Positions 47,951-59,859 of a stretch of DNA of 64,000 nt are shown one piece after another. The DNA is from Prorocentrum cordatum. Its lineage: Eukaryota. Under the pieces are notes generated by a model. It made no database searches and had not been told where the DNA came from. It was given only the letters and a program-made list of their open reading frames with translations. Location of the stretch: contig CAUYUJ010000001.1 in the NCBI GenBank assembly GCA_963575745.1, positions 2,170,001 to 2,234,000 on the forward strand. The letters run 5' to 3'. Numbering within the stretch: position 1 is the stretch's first letter; the number at the start of each line of letters is the position of its first letter. The translations under genes were made by a program, and so were the position numbers.

Positions 47951-50900
47951 TCAGGCGCTTGCTTTTTCTAGCCCGGGCGATAACGCGCGCGATCGCCCCT
48001 GCCCCCCCCCCATCGCGTCGCGCCGCCCCCCCATCGCGCCCCCCCCCTTCCCCTGGGGGAGGGGGGGCGGGCGGGGGGAGCTACGCGAAGAAGAGGGGCA
48101 GGAAGCGGAGGACGATGGCGAGGAAGGGGAAGGGGGCGACGACGACGACGACGACGACGACGACAACGACTACGAGCCCGACGTCAACGATCGCGACGAC
48201 GACGACGACGCTGGCGACTCCGACGACGACGATTGCGACGGCGACTCCGACGCTGACGACGACGACGGCGACGACCCCGACGACAATTCTCGCGACTCCG
48301 ATGGGGCGACGACGACGCCGAGGACGACGACTGCGAACATTCCGACGACCGCGGCGACTTCGCCGGCGACGACGACGACGACCCGGACGACACCCGAAGC
48401 TTCCGATTGGGGGGGGGCACGTGAAGGATGGGGAGGGGGGGGCCTCTGGGGCCCTTCTCATCCTCCTCCTCCGGGCGCCCGTCTCCTCTGCCCCCTCCCC
48501 TTTTTTCTGCGTGAAAAACAAAGAACACGTGCGAGCGCGCCTGCTTCGGCATCCTGCTGGAGCCCGCCGCTGAATCGATTTCTTCTATCTTGGGCAGTGG
48601 GGGGGGGCCCAAGCTGAGGGCGCTCGCTGCTTCGCCCTCGGCCGTGCGAGTGCGGTCTGGACTTGTCGCGCGCCCTGAAAATCGCCGCCGCCTCCGTCGC
48701 CTTCGCATTTTCCCCGGGCGGTGGGCGCGGCATCGGCGACGCGCGGGCCCCAGTGGAACAATGCTCCCGCCCCCTTTGGCGGCCACCTTCGCTCGTGGAA
48801 TGTTTGGAAAAGGTGGGCACTGAAGCGCCGCCTTCTGGGGCTGCGGCGGCTTAGCAACTTCTGCGCGAGCCCGAGTCGAGACTATCTGTCCAGGAGACGG
48901 CGCGCGCGGCCTTCCTCGCGAACGTACCCAAGCTTTTCCTCGCATCCCGCGATGGTTCAGAGTCTCCTTTAACCGATGCGATCATCAAGCGCTGGATGAA
49001 ATGGCCCCCGCTCAAACACAAAAGACTTGTCAAGCTTCAGCGGGGGAAGCTGCGACAGAAGATGCTCTCCCTTCCAGTGGCCTGGGCTTCGAGCGCACTC
49101 CGTGGACTCGTCGGTGGATGGCTCGCGTAAGCTCGGATGTCTGCACCTGCTGAGCCGCGCAATTTCGCCTTTCCGCTGCGAAGGCTGCAGCGACGAGACA
49201 GGTCATAGGCTGCAGCGACGAGATAGGTCATGATTGGGAGTGTTGGAATCTCGCGCGGGGCATCGCCGTGGCCAGATCTGGCCGGCGGCAACTTCCCCCA
49301 TCGGACGCGCGGCTTCGCTGGGGACTTCGGAGGGCTGTAGACGACGACCTGATGAACACCCAGCTCGCTCCCATCATCTACCACGAACGTCACCACCTCG
49401 ACTTGGCGTAGCCGGGCGCCCTGCTCAAAGCTGCGCGCGGCGCCCTTCGCGCGCGCGTTCTGGCGCGCCCGACTTCGAGGCGGGATCGCGCGGCCCAACG
49501 CGTTCCCCCCCCGGCGTCGAGTACGCCGAATGGTGATTTGGCTACCGGCGTGCGCGACCATGGCTTTGTGAAGGTCGAACTCCTGGCCGAGTTGCCCTTC
49601 GGTCGACGCGCCCTGCGCGATGGTCTTCCGCGCCGTGCCCGATTCCTCTGGCGGTTGGGAGGGCGCGTTGTTGTATTGAGGCCCCACTGGACGCTGGTAG
49701 TGCGGTAGTTGAACGGCTGTGTGCCCTCCTCCTACGCGTCGAGTCTCGGGCGCGAAACTGGCCGCCCTCGATTGAGCCGGAAGATCCGCGCCACTTCGGC
49801 TTCGAGGATTGGGCGAGTTGGAGCGCCGATTTCGCGGCCGACATTTCCAGATGCAGGGCGCCCAGTGGGCCCCTCTTTAACATGGACGCCGCAGATGGCG
49901 AGCGCCTCTCCCTGAGCTCGGCGTTGCGCCGCCGCGCGGGGTGGCGCAGATCCTCGGTGGGCCGCGCAACCCCGACCGCCCATCTTGCCAGGCCCTGGCC
50001 CGGACGCGACCGCGCGCGATTGCCAGCGCTGCGCGCTCGTGGCGAAGAGCTTCTCGCGATGCGACAGTGGCAACAGCGAGCTCAGCGTGTCTACGCCGCA
50101 GTGAGAGCTCATGATGGCTCACCAGCTGGATCAGGGTAGAAACGTGGATTGGGGGCTTCTCCCAACCATTGAGGGCGAGACGCAAGATAGAGTCGAACGT
50201 TGTTACCCTGATTGTGACGAGCTCACCTTGGACATCGACACTATCGAAGAGGGCAGACATCACGGACCTGGGATCAGAGGGCAAATCCAGTGGTTGGCCT
50301 TCCTGGCCCGTGCGTCGCCGTTTTGCGGGTGACAACGTCGCCCTCCATCTTGCCTTTGCGAAGTGGGTGGTAGTGATGATGCTCGCGGCGTTAGATCTCA
50401 TGCCCCGCTGTCACGCTCGGGCTCAGGCCCCGCGTCTGCGCCGGCGCCTCGGATGCAAGAAAATCCAGGGAGTGGCCTTCCTGGCTCATTTTCGCCACTT
50501 GTGGGGGCGGGTCGCAGCGAGGAAGAGGGTTGACTCTGCCTCCGCAGCTCGGGCGACGTCGCCGAGATCTGGCAGGCTGCATTTCTGTCTGGGTGCAGAT
50601 CTGGATTCTCACCTTGCTTGTCAAACCCGAGGGCAGCGACTTCCAACAGTGGGCGGAGCGGCGCGCCCCATATCTGGCGGATCGTCTTCGCCACCCCAGC
50701 CTTCGGGCATTGGTCCGCGCATCGCCGCCAGACATCCCCGGGGCGCCCGCCTGCCCGACAGACAGATGGAACCAAGCGACCGAGATGCGCGCGAGTGGGC
50801 GGCGCACCCTGACCACCCCTCGCGAGCAGAGGAGGATGCGCGCGAGGTCGGCTCGGCCTGTGCACGACGACAAGCGGGCCGCCGTTCTACGCCAACGAGC

Positions 50901-52577
50901 TCCCGCACATCTTTGGCAGAAAGGGCGGGTTGCAGACCTCGCCAGGATGGCCACTAACGAGCAGTCGGATGTAGAAGCTATTCAGCGGACCAGCAACACG
51001 AGCCCCGACATTTCTGATCAGTCACATCTTGACATTCTGCCACATCTACGGATTGATCCTGCGCCTTGCGGGTCTGACGGCGGTGGAATTTACGTGTCCG
51101 GCGACGATAACGGCAGCGTGGACCATTTTGAGCACCTTGCCCCAACTGGCGCGGACATTGCGCTCGTGCGCGCGACGGAGGTAGAGGACGAACAGATGGC
51201 AGTTGAGCAGGTTGCTGCAAGCGAGGCGCATCACGAGAACGACGCCATGTGCAATGCTGAATCTGCGCGCCACTTTGGGCCCGTTATTACTGACGATGAA
51301 TTTGTCGCGCAGGTTCAAGGGATCGCGAGGTGGTCAGCGGGCGGGCTGCGGCGACGCTCCTTTTGACCCTGCGGCGACGTCATTGGGCCCCCCCCACCAA
51401 TGTCTCCGTCTCACTCGGCGGGCGAGGCCGACGACTCTGACTGCAGCGACGAGGACGGCGATTTTGACCGGCGGATGGCGGAGCGAGTGCTTGGAGTCAT
51501 TTGCCCAGGCGGCCCTGTTGGCGGAGCTGCCATGCTCTTCGCGGGCGCGCGCGGTGTTGCTGCAGGAGCGTCATCGGAGGCGGCGTCGAGCTCGGCGCCC
51601 GCGAGCTGCCTGGGCGCATGTCTGTTTGGTATGCCGGTTGGTATTCCGACGCTGGCAGGAGGCTCCCCCGCGGCCTTACATGATGCTCGTCTTCCCGACC
51701 ATGGTGCTGCAGAGCACGATGGTTTTGAACAGTTCGTTGGAAATCTGACGGAGGCGGGGGCCTTCCCCGCGGCCCTGTATGAAGGCGAGCTATTTGGTCT
51801 TGAAGGTGCGTGAGAAGGGGTGCCTCACGTGTCCGCTGGTGGACCGACAGATATATGCGGGCCTTCTCCGCGACCTCGCATCCTGAGGAGTTTCTTGCTG
51901 TTGACGCTGAAGCTGAAGAGCTCTCTCCCGCATTGGCTGGCGACCCAGCGGCGGCGGGTCCCGTCCCAGTGTGGCATGACGGGTTCGATGGTGAAGTGCG
52001 CAGCCCAGACGAGCTCCCAGAGCTGATTGCTGCCGCCCAAATCGGCGATCGTCCTGACTGGCCCCACGACCATCATGCAGCACGGGGTGTCGTGGACAGC
52101 GACGGCATAGCCCCAACTAGCGTGCTCGATACCAACGGGATGGCCAACTTGCACCTCGTTCCCGACGGTGTGTTGGGGCTCTCGGAGGAGACGTCGGCGG
52201 CGTTCGGTGTTGTCTCGGCTGCATTGTTCGATTCCACCGACTGCCAACCTACTTGGCAATGTCTTGGGTTCGGCGGAAGGACCACCGGCCGAATCCGTTG
52301 AAGGTGATCGACGCACGGCTGCTGCACATCAGCGAGGAGGGCAAGCGCATGTTGATCCACCTGTGCAGCCAGTCCCCGACGGCGCCGCCATCGCGGCGCC
52401 GCCCGTCGACGGCGACAGCTTCATCGACGACTTCTTCGGGGAGCAAGACGTCCGACACTCCACGCTCCCGAGAGGTCCCGCCGCCAACGGCGCCTAAGGT
52501 GGCGGACGGGAGACTCTCTTCGAGGCGTGGGTTCTTCCTCCCCTTCCGCCTCCTCCTCCTCCTCCTCCTCCTCCTCC

Positions 52578-52608
<31 letters not shown>

Positions 52609-53847
52609 CTCTTCCCCCTCCCGGAAGCCAGCGCCGAGAAGGACATCCGCCGGAACTTCCGGGGACCCTGCATGGAAAATATCTGGACAGCGCAGGTCTG
52701 GGTCAGTCCCCGGCCGCTTCCCTCGGGCCAGTTTTTCGCCCCCGATCCAGTTTTCATGGCCCCAAGGCTGGGCAAATGGCCCCATGCGTGGAGGGGCTTC
52801 CGTGCATGGAAACGCCGCCAGGATAGAAACGGTCATGTCGACGGAGTTTGGGCGCCCCAACGCCCCTCGGCGGGACGTCTGCGGGCCGCAGGCCCCCAGG
52901 CCCGCCGGGACCCGCCGCCAGCCGGCGCGCTGCGGGAGGCCAGCGCAGTGATGGCGGGAACCCCGCCCCCCGCCAACTGCGGGGAGCTGGCCGCATGCGC
53001 CGAGCAGGCCCGCCTGATGGGGGGCTGCGCGCGTGTTCCTCGTGCTCCCCGTCGAGTTTCGCGCCGATGCGGGGGCGCTCGCGTGCCCGTCCCGTGCCCG
53101 CAGGCCTGGAATCGCCGTGCCGAAGGCTCGCGTGGTTTTCACCAGCTGCGCCTCGTCGAGGGCGGTCTGGGCGTGCCGGAATCGTCCCGGACGGCCGCCC
53201 GAGAGCCGAGTTATGACCCAGAAGCCAGGGGGCAACGTTAGGGGGGGTCGGGTCAGGGGGGGACGCGTTGACCCCCAATCGCCCACTCATCGCCGACGGA
53301 AGCTTGATAGCCCACCTCGCCCAGGAGTGTTCAGTGTCGCCATCGGGGGCCTATCGCCGATCTGTCCGCGATGCATTGCGGATGCGAGCTCGATGTTTTC
53401 TCCCACTCAGCCGGTTCCCCCCCCCTGCTCGTTGCCACTCTCAGCGGCACAGCAACGGGCATTCACAAACGAGGACTCATTAACGGAAATTTGCCGAAAG
53501 TTGCCGCTTTAGGGCCTCTTTCTGGCATGGCAGCGTTGCCCACATCGGGAACGGTTGGCTTCGCCCGGTCAGTGGCCAAAGTACCCATTATTGGAGTCCC
53601 CGTGCTCTCCTTCTCCTTCTCCTTCCTCCCTCGTGATCCCCTCTCCTTGCGTCGCATAACAGTTACGTCTTCCTGACGGCTCACGGTGTGTGGGTCCTTG
53701 GAATCTCGGCGTCCCGTTGGGTGCCCCCCAAAAAGTGGAGTCCCCGTTAGATGGGCGCTGACACCTCGGCATCGCTCGGACGTGTGCGTGTTCTCCTCGG
53801 CGAGGACCATCGAGGAGCATCTTGACCATCCTGCGAAAACAAAAAAC

Positions 53848-54240
53848 GTACGAAGTCGAACCATGCACGGGGAACGGACGTCTGAGCGATGGCGAGTGTC
53901 GTTGCTTCGAGACGCTTCGGAGGAGGAGGAGGAAAAGGAGAAGGAGGAGGAGGAGGAGGAGGAGGAGGAGGAGGAGGAGGAGGAGGAGGAGAGGCATCTC
54001 CGGTGACAAACTGAGCGCACGAAGATGAACTATGCACGGGGAACGGAAGTCCGAGCGAGGGCGAGTGTCGTTGCTTCGAGGCACTTCGGAGGGGGAGGAG
54101 GAGGAGGAGGAGGAGGAGGAGGAGGAGGAGGAGGAGGAGGGGCACCTCTGGCGACAAACTAAACGCACGAAGTCGAAAAATGCATGGGGCATGGACGTCC
54201 GATCGATGGCGAGTGTCGTTGCCACTCGCTGGATGGGGGG
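53848..54240. repeat. Tandem ~150-170 bp units each containing a (GAG)n run
   Basis: ATGCACGGGGAACGGA.GTC.GAGCGA.GGCGAGTGTCGTTGC occurs three times, the third diverged. Confidence 0.85.
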
Positions 54241-54374
54241 GGAGGGTTCTGCGCGCCTGCTCTCGTGGGGTGTCGCCCAGTCGCGCCCGTTTCTGGAGAC
54301 CTTGGCGTGTCTGCTAGCGCCCGAATGCCTGGTAGGTGCTCCCCTTCTCCTCCTCCTCCGCCTCCTCCTCCTCC

Positions 54375-54890
54375 TGCGCCCCCACCTGAGGCAGTGTCCG
54401 ATGGTCACACCAGTGCCTCTTAAAGAGTCGGGCCAGGCGAGAGCAACTCTCCCCTGACCCCTGGCCCGACCCCTTCCACCAGCCCTGGGCCAGTGGATCC
54501 AGCTCGACAACAAGGCCACCCTCCCCCTGGCATGCTCGTCCGACGAACCCAGCGGGCAGTCGTCGGTGGGCGGTCGGGGGGAGGACAAAGTGGCTGCACC
54601 TTCAAGCCTCCTTCTCATCAGGCCACTGCTTGATACCCTTAGGCTTCTTGCCCTGGTCTATCTGCTGAAGGGTCATTCTCCCCTCCTTGTTGAGCCCTGG
54701 AACACACGGGCTAGCTAACTTCAAAAAACACGTACTGCCCTGTGCTGCACACGCCCTGCAAAACCACAGTCCTCTACACTGCTCCAGTCTATGCGAGCTA
54801 TGGATAGCAAACGGCTTCTTTTCACATATCGTCTCACAAAATTGGATCAGCCCAGCTTTGCCGGTAGATCTTAGACAAAATTTACAGTTG
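54375..54890 (-). mobile_element. 5'-truncated LINE 3' end (Cys/His-rich ORF2 C-terminus and 3' UTR) within a (GGA)n tract
   Basis: CKFC...IHSSHRLEQCRGLWFCRACAAQG...KLASPC...QGKKPKGIKQWP* (stop at 54602). CCT tracts on + at 54342-54374 and 54892-55082. Confidence 0.6.
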
Positions 54891-55342
54891 CTCCCCTCCT
54901 CCTCCTCCTCCTCCTCCTCCTCCTCCTCCTCCTCCTCCTCCTCCTCCTCTCCTCCTCCTCCCCTCCTCCCCCTCCTCCTCCTCCTCCTCCTCCTCCTCCT
55001 CATCATCATCATCATCATCTTCCTCCTCCTCCTCCTCCTCCTCCTCCTCCCCCTCCTCCTCCCCCTTCTCCACCTCCTCCTCGGTTTAACCGAACCTGCA
55101 GGGTTGGCCCTTTCCCGAATCCTTGCTTCGGTGCGGATCTTCTGCGCGGCTCGTCTCCGTCGTCGTCGTTGTTGTTGTCGGCATCGTCGTGGTGGTGGTG
55201 CGTCATGCTCTGCTCGGGACTTGTTGCCCTTATGCAATGACCACCACCCACGACCCCGCCCACCCTGATCTTCGTTCTCGATCCCCCAAATCCTCCTCGA
55301 TCCTCCTCCTCCTCTTCCTCCTCCTCGTCCTCTTCCTCCTCC

Positions 55343-55364
55343 TTCGTAGCCACTGTGGCTCAAG
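55343..55364 (+). other. Genomic dinoSL copy
   Basis: TTCGTAGCCACTGTGGCTCAAG (19/22), directly after a CCT-rich tract. Confidence 0.8.
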
Positions 55365-57220
55365 GTGTAACGTCCGCCCCGAAATGATAGTTTGACTGCA
55401 GCGAAGGGGTTGGCTCGAAGGCTCCAGCCCGAAGACTGCACATTCACCCACGTCCCCTACCTGAGCTTCAGGCCTGGCAGGTCCCAGCTTCCAGCCGTTC
55501 ATCTCTCAGTGCCGCTGTGTGCGTGTGTCCGCCGACCAGCTCGCGCAGATCCTGGCAGGCATCAGTGGAATCAACGGCCGTCTCCATGGTGTGGACCATT
55601 CGCTGAAAGATGTCGCCGAGATGAAGGCGATCGCACAGCATGACGAGAAACTTGAAGCAATGCAGGACAAGCTAAACCAGCATCAGCAGAAGACCGACGA
55701 GGCGATCGCGAGCCTTGCCCAGCACGAAGTAATTCTCCGCCTGCAGGAGAAGTGTGACACGGCAGCTGCCCAGATTCAGAGTCTGACGAGTCCGGACACT
55801 AGTTTGGCTGCTTCGGGAGGCCCTAGTGGCTGGAGTTCGGTCGGTGTTCGCTCCAAGCGTGCGCGTAATGGCGTTCCTCGTGCCAGCCCGACCGTCGTCA
55901 TCGACGACGCTGAGCCCGTCTCCAACCCTTGTCGCCTGTTCATCGGAGGTTTACCAGACCAGTGCTGGCCAAGATCACGACCAATTTCGCAGAGTCCCTG
56001 CGCTCGAGTCCGGTGCTGCCGAACGTTTCCACGTCCACGGTGAAGACCCACAACATTAATAAGTCCTTCAGCAATGACTTCGATGAGCAGATGCATGTTC
56101 GCTCGTTCGTCGACACGTCACGGAGCGTGGCGTTATTTGGACGGACGTGAAGCACTTGTATCAGGTGCCCATGCGGGCTCGATTGGGCGCCTCTTCTGGC
56201 GTTAGACGTCGCAACAAGGCGCTTGGGCTTCTGTGGACCAAGGTTCACGAACAGATGCGCGAGAATGGGATCTGGCGTCCCACGATGAAGCTCGGCAGCC
56301 AGGGCTTCGAATAATTCCTTTACCCTATCGAGAATGAAGACTGCACGGTGCTGCACAACATCAAGGAACTCGAGCAGGACCAGTTTTAGATCGGGGCGCA
56401 CTACAGCGAACTGCTCATCCTCGGCATCAATGAGGAGCAGACTGACAAGATCAGCCCGGCCATCGCGCTAGAGGCTTCCCTTGCTGTCTTAGAGTGTCTC
56501 TGCGGCTGCGACGATGAGATTTGGGATGGTGCACGGGGCGCGCTGCACCGACTCCTCTTCGCATCGTTGAGGCACCATGCAGCACGTGCAGCAGTTCCAG
56601 GAGTGGTTCGTCTTCCCTCTCGCCGCCCTCTGGAGGATCCGATGTCTCTGGAATGGATTTCTTTGGTCTCAGTTCGCACTTGCCCAAGCAGGCCTGTTCA
56701 ATTGTCCTTTGGGCCGCCTGGTCTATATACGGTGTTACTTTCGCCCCGCAAGCCTCGCGTAAGCAGGCGCATGGAATGGCTGACTGCGCATTGTTCCAGA
56801 CGTGACATTGCCCGCGTTCAGGAGGCTCGCGGGTCGGAGGCCCACCTGGAGTGCGCCGGCAAGGAAGCGCGCCAAACTTCCGGTGTCGGCGCGTTCCTCG
56901 ACTCCTCTTCTTCCGGCGGCTGTCTCGCGTTCGCTCATCCTCAGCTCCAGGCGTCATTCGCGCGCGCATCGCCGCCATCTCGAGCGCGGGCGCACCAGTA
57001 GCTCAGTTTATTCATGTGCAATACCAAGGAGCGTTTGCAAATCGGTGCGCCGCGCGGGCCGCGCCTGCGGGGCGTGCGGCGGAGCTCGCTATGGGGCCGC
57101 GAAGCGCGTGATGGGGCGTGCTGGATCGGGCGCGGGTACGCCGCGCGGACTGCGCCGCCGGCGCCTCTCTGCGGAGCCCCCCGCGGGGCCGCGAAGCGCG
57201 GGAAGTGCGCCCCGGAACCG
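55343..57220 (+). mobile_element. SL-headed decayed element with a LINE ORF1-like coiled-coil region, 3' truncated
   Basis: Coiled-coil ADQLAQILAGI...DEKLEAMQDKLNQHQQKTDEAIASL, then NPCRLFIGGLP (RRM-like). It is frameshifted, has no RT and ends at (GAT)n. Confidence 0.5.
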
Positions 57221-57467
57221 ATGGCGATGATGATGATGACGATGATGCTATTTGTCGCAAGTAAAATCATAACGATGAGAATTATCTGAGAATGCCAACA
57301 ATGATAATGATTCCCCATCAGAGCTTGCTTCTGTAGGGGTCCTAGCGGATATAAAGCTGAGGTGAGGTGAGCGGCCGATTTCGGTGGCCGGGGCCGGGTG
57401 CCCGGGTGCCCGGGGGTGCCTTGGTGGCCGATTTCGGTGGCCGGGCCAGGGTGCCCGGGGGCGCCCA

Positions 57468-57702
57468 ATAGCCCACTAGCCCAGTAGCCCTATAGCCCTA
57501 TAGCCGCATAGCCCTATAGCCCTCTAGCCCTACAGCTTTATATCCCTATAGCCCTAATAGCCTTATATCCCTATAGCCCCATAGCCCATTTAGCTCTATA
57601 GCTCCATAGCCCTATGGCCCTATAGGTCGCAGTCCTATAGCCCGATAGCCCTACAGCCCGATAGCCGTATAGCCCAATAGCCCTATAGCCCTATAGCCCT
57701 AA
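57468..57702. repeat. (TATAGCCC)n octamer satellite
   Basis: Read directly from the sequence. Confidence 0.93.
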
Positions 57703-59859
57703 CAAAAATATGATTGGGGCTTATCTCCGGTATCATATAATGATAGCGTGAATTGTAAGAATACGAATATGACTAATCATTTTGTAGACTAATATGAACA
57801 ACAATAATAGCACTAGTGATGATGACGATGATGAGGAGGAGGGCGATGATGATGATGTTGAGTTTGATGATCGCGGCTACGATGGCGGTGAAAATGATGG
57901 CGATGATGACGCCGATGACGCGGGCGGCGGCGACGAGGAAGGCAGAGATTGGGACGGGGGGGAAGGGGGAGAGGGAAGAGGAGGAGAGGAGCGACGCGGG
58001 TCGCTGTCCCTTCAACACGAGGCCCCAACACCAAAGGATCATTGAGAAACGAATAACAACGCTTTCGAAACCGTAGATGGGGCGCAGAAGACAGTTCGGT
58101 AACGATCACGAGCGGGGAGTTAACATTGAGCCGGTGCACCAAGGCGCCGGGAAATCAAATGACAAAAGGAAGGCGGAACAGGAAATTCCGAGTTGGACGA
58201 GGACGATCCTGCCCAGTTGGACGCGAACCTCTGGCATTTTTTGATGGCGAGCTTAAAAGGGAAATCCGCGGGGGAGCGCGAGTGTCCACGTGAAGGAGAC
58301 GTCTTGATGGTTCATCGTTAAAAATGAGCGTTGTGGCCGTGCAGCTTGAGCACTGGAGCGCGCCAGTAGAAGCCCTGGGAAGAAGTGCGGGTCTAGTTAT
58401 TCGTTGCCGCTGCCATTCAGGGCTACAGCCTCGAGGGTCATCATGGCCCGTGCAGGCGATTGGTTTGCCGACTAGCAATGACGTTGCTTGAATACCGCAG
58501 GGTCGTTCAACACCGGCACCTAACAAACGCGCTTCGTCATGCGCGAGGATTGGGCATTGGGGGAAATGGCTGGACGCCGATGCGATGAGCAATGGCGCAA
58601 TGGCAACTGGCCAGGCTGACGAAGACGACCGTGGAAACTTGGGGCACGAATGGAGACGTCGCAGGTTCCCCTTGCGAGGCAGGCACTTGGCGGTCCCGGA
58701 ACGTGGAAAATATAGCCGGGAACGGCAACGCGAACGAAACAAGCTAAGACAGGTGCGGAAGAAGTTTGGCGCTGATCAGTTAGAGGGAGTTTTACAAGTG
58801 CGGCGAGAAGGATCACGTCGCAGCCCGCAATCCCAAAAACGCCAGCGATGTCACCGCCGGCCATGGCGGCAGGAGGCCCAGGGGAGCTGCGCAGCTGTCA
58901 GGACAACCTCTGCCAGGGCCGGGATACCATCGCGTCGAGGTGGGCGAACTAACTGACGCGCGCGGAGCCGTGGACAACCACCATTGGGGCCGGATGAAAT
59001 GGCCGAGGAGTGGAGGACGCAGCGCCAGGCGACAAGGAGGAGGAACAAAGAGGCAAGGTAAGATGTCAAGAAGAAGCACGCATCACAGTAGCGCGGCGTT
59101 GTTGACTCGGACCACGGAACCGGCCCGGACAACCGAATTACGGAGCGCATCGAGCAGGGCGGAAGTTGGACGCACAAAAAAGCGCCGAACATGCGAATTT
59201 GCCGAGACGGGCGGATCCAACAATAAAGTCAGCGACATGGACAGACTAGTTGTCGGAGTGTCTCCAGGGGCCCACAGCGTTGTTGGACGTCAAACAAATG
59301 AAAACCCACTTCCCTGACATACCCGAGGAGATTTCCAAGAGCGGCAAACCCTGCAGCGCAGCTGTGCAGGGCAGTCATCAGGGACCGTAGGCAACGGGTC
59401 ATTGAGCGCGCCCATCCACGTGGCTGAAATTAAAGGGGGGCCCGGGCCTGCTCGTGAAATGGTCAGAGCGGGGAATCGCAGAGGCTAATTTCGAGACGAC
59501 GATGCGCGACCCTGCAGGTGCGTCGAGCACGAGGCACTTGGGCAAAATGCGATTACTATCGAGACATTGGCAAGCTCCTGTTCACTATCTGGGCCCCGAG
59601 AAGGGCTGCGAGTCATGAGGTTAGCGCGGAGAGATGCGGGGATCTTCCCAGGCAGGGGGCTTTCATGGCGGACCTGTTCTACTGCGCCCGATTGAGCCCG
59701 CGAGCGCCAGTTAAACATTCTGGCGCCCTGCCTGATTCTGGAGGGCGACCAAGAGGGCAAGGATGCGGGGAAGCGAGCGAAGTGGCGCGAAGGATGCCCA
59801 TGTGGCTGGAGGCCCAGGTGCCCAAAATAGCTACATGTGACCTTGGACCAAGCGGAATA

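Larger units (their letters stand above)
44015..52530 (+). mobile_element. Near full-length decayed LINE (SL, ORF1-like region, APE, RT, Cys-His motif, long 3' region) flanked by (CCT)n, interrupted at ~47970-48850
   Basis: Domain motifs occur in canonical order. The post-RT motif SALRGLVGGWL...CEGCSDEIGHDWEC lies at ~49090-49250. (CCT)n tracts at ~43940-44014 and ~52535-52620. Continuity across the interruption and the 3' boundary are inferred. Confidence 0.75.

Noticed and set aside
55343..55400. SL followed by GT could be an SL RNA gene
   Set aside because: The exon has 3 mismatches including the ATTTTGG motif. No short structured intron, T-run terminator or tandem array is visible, and an ORF1-like region follows.
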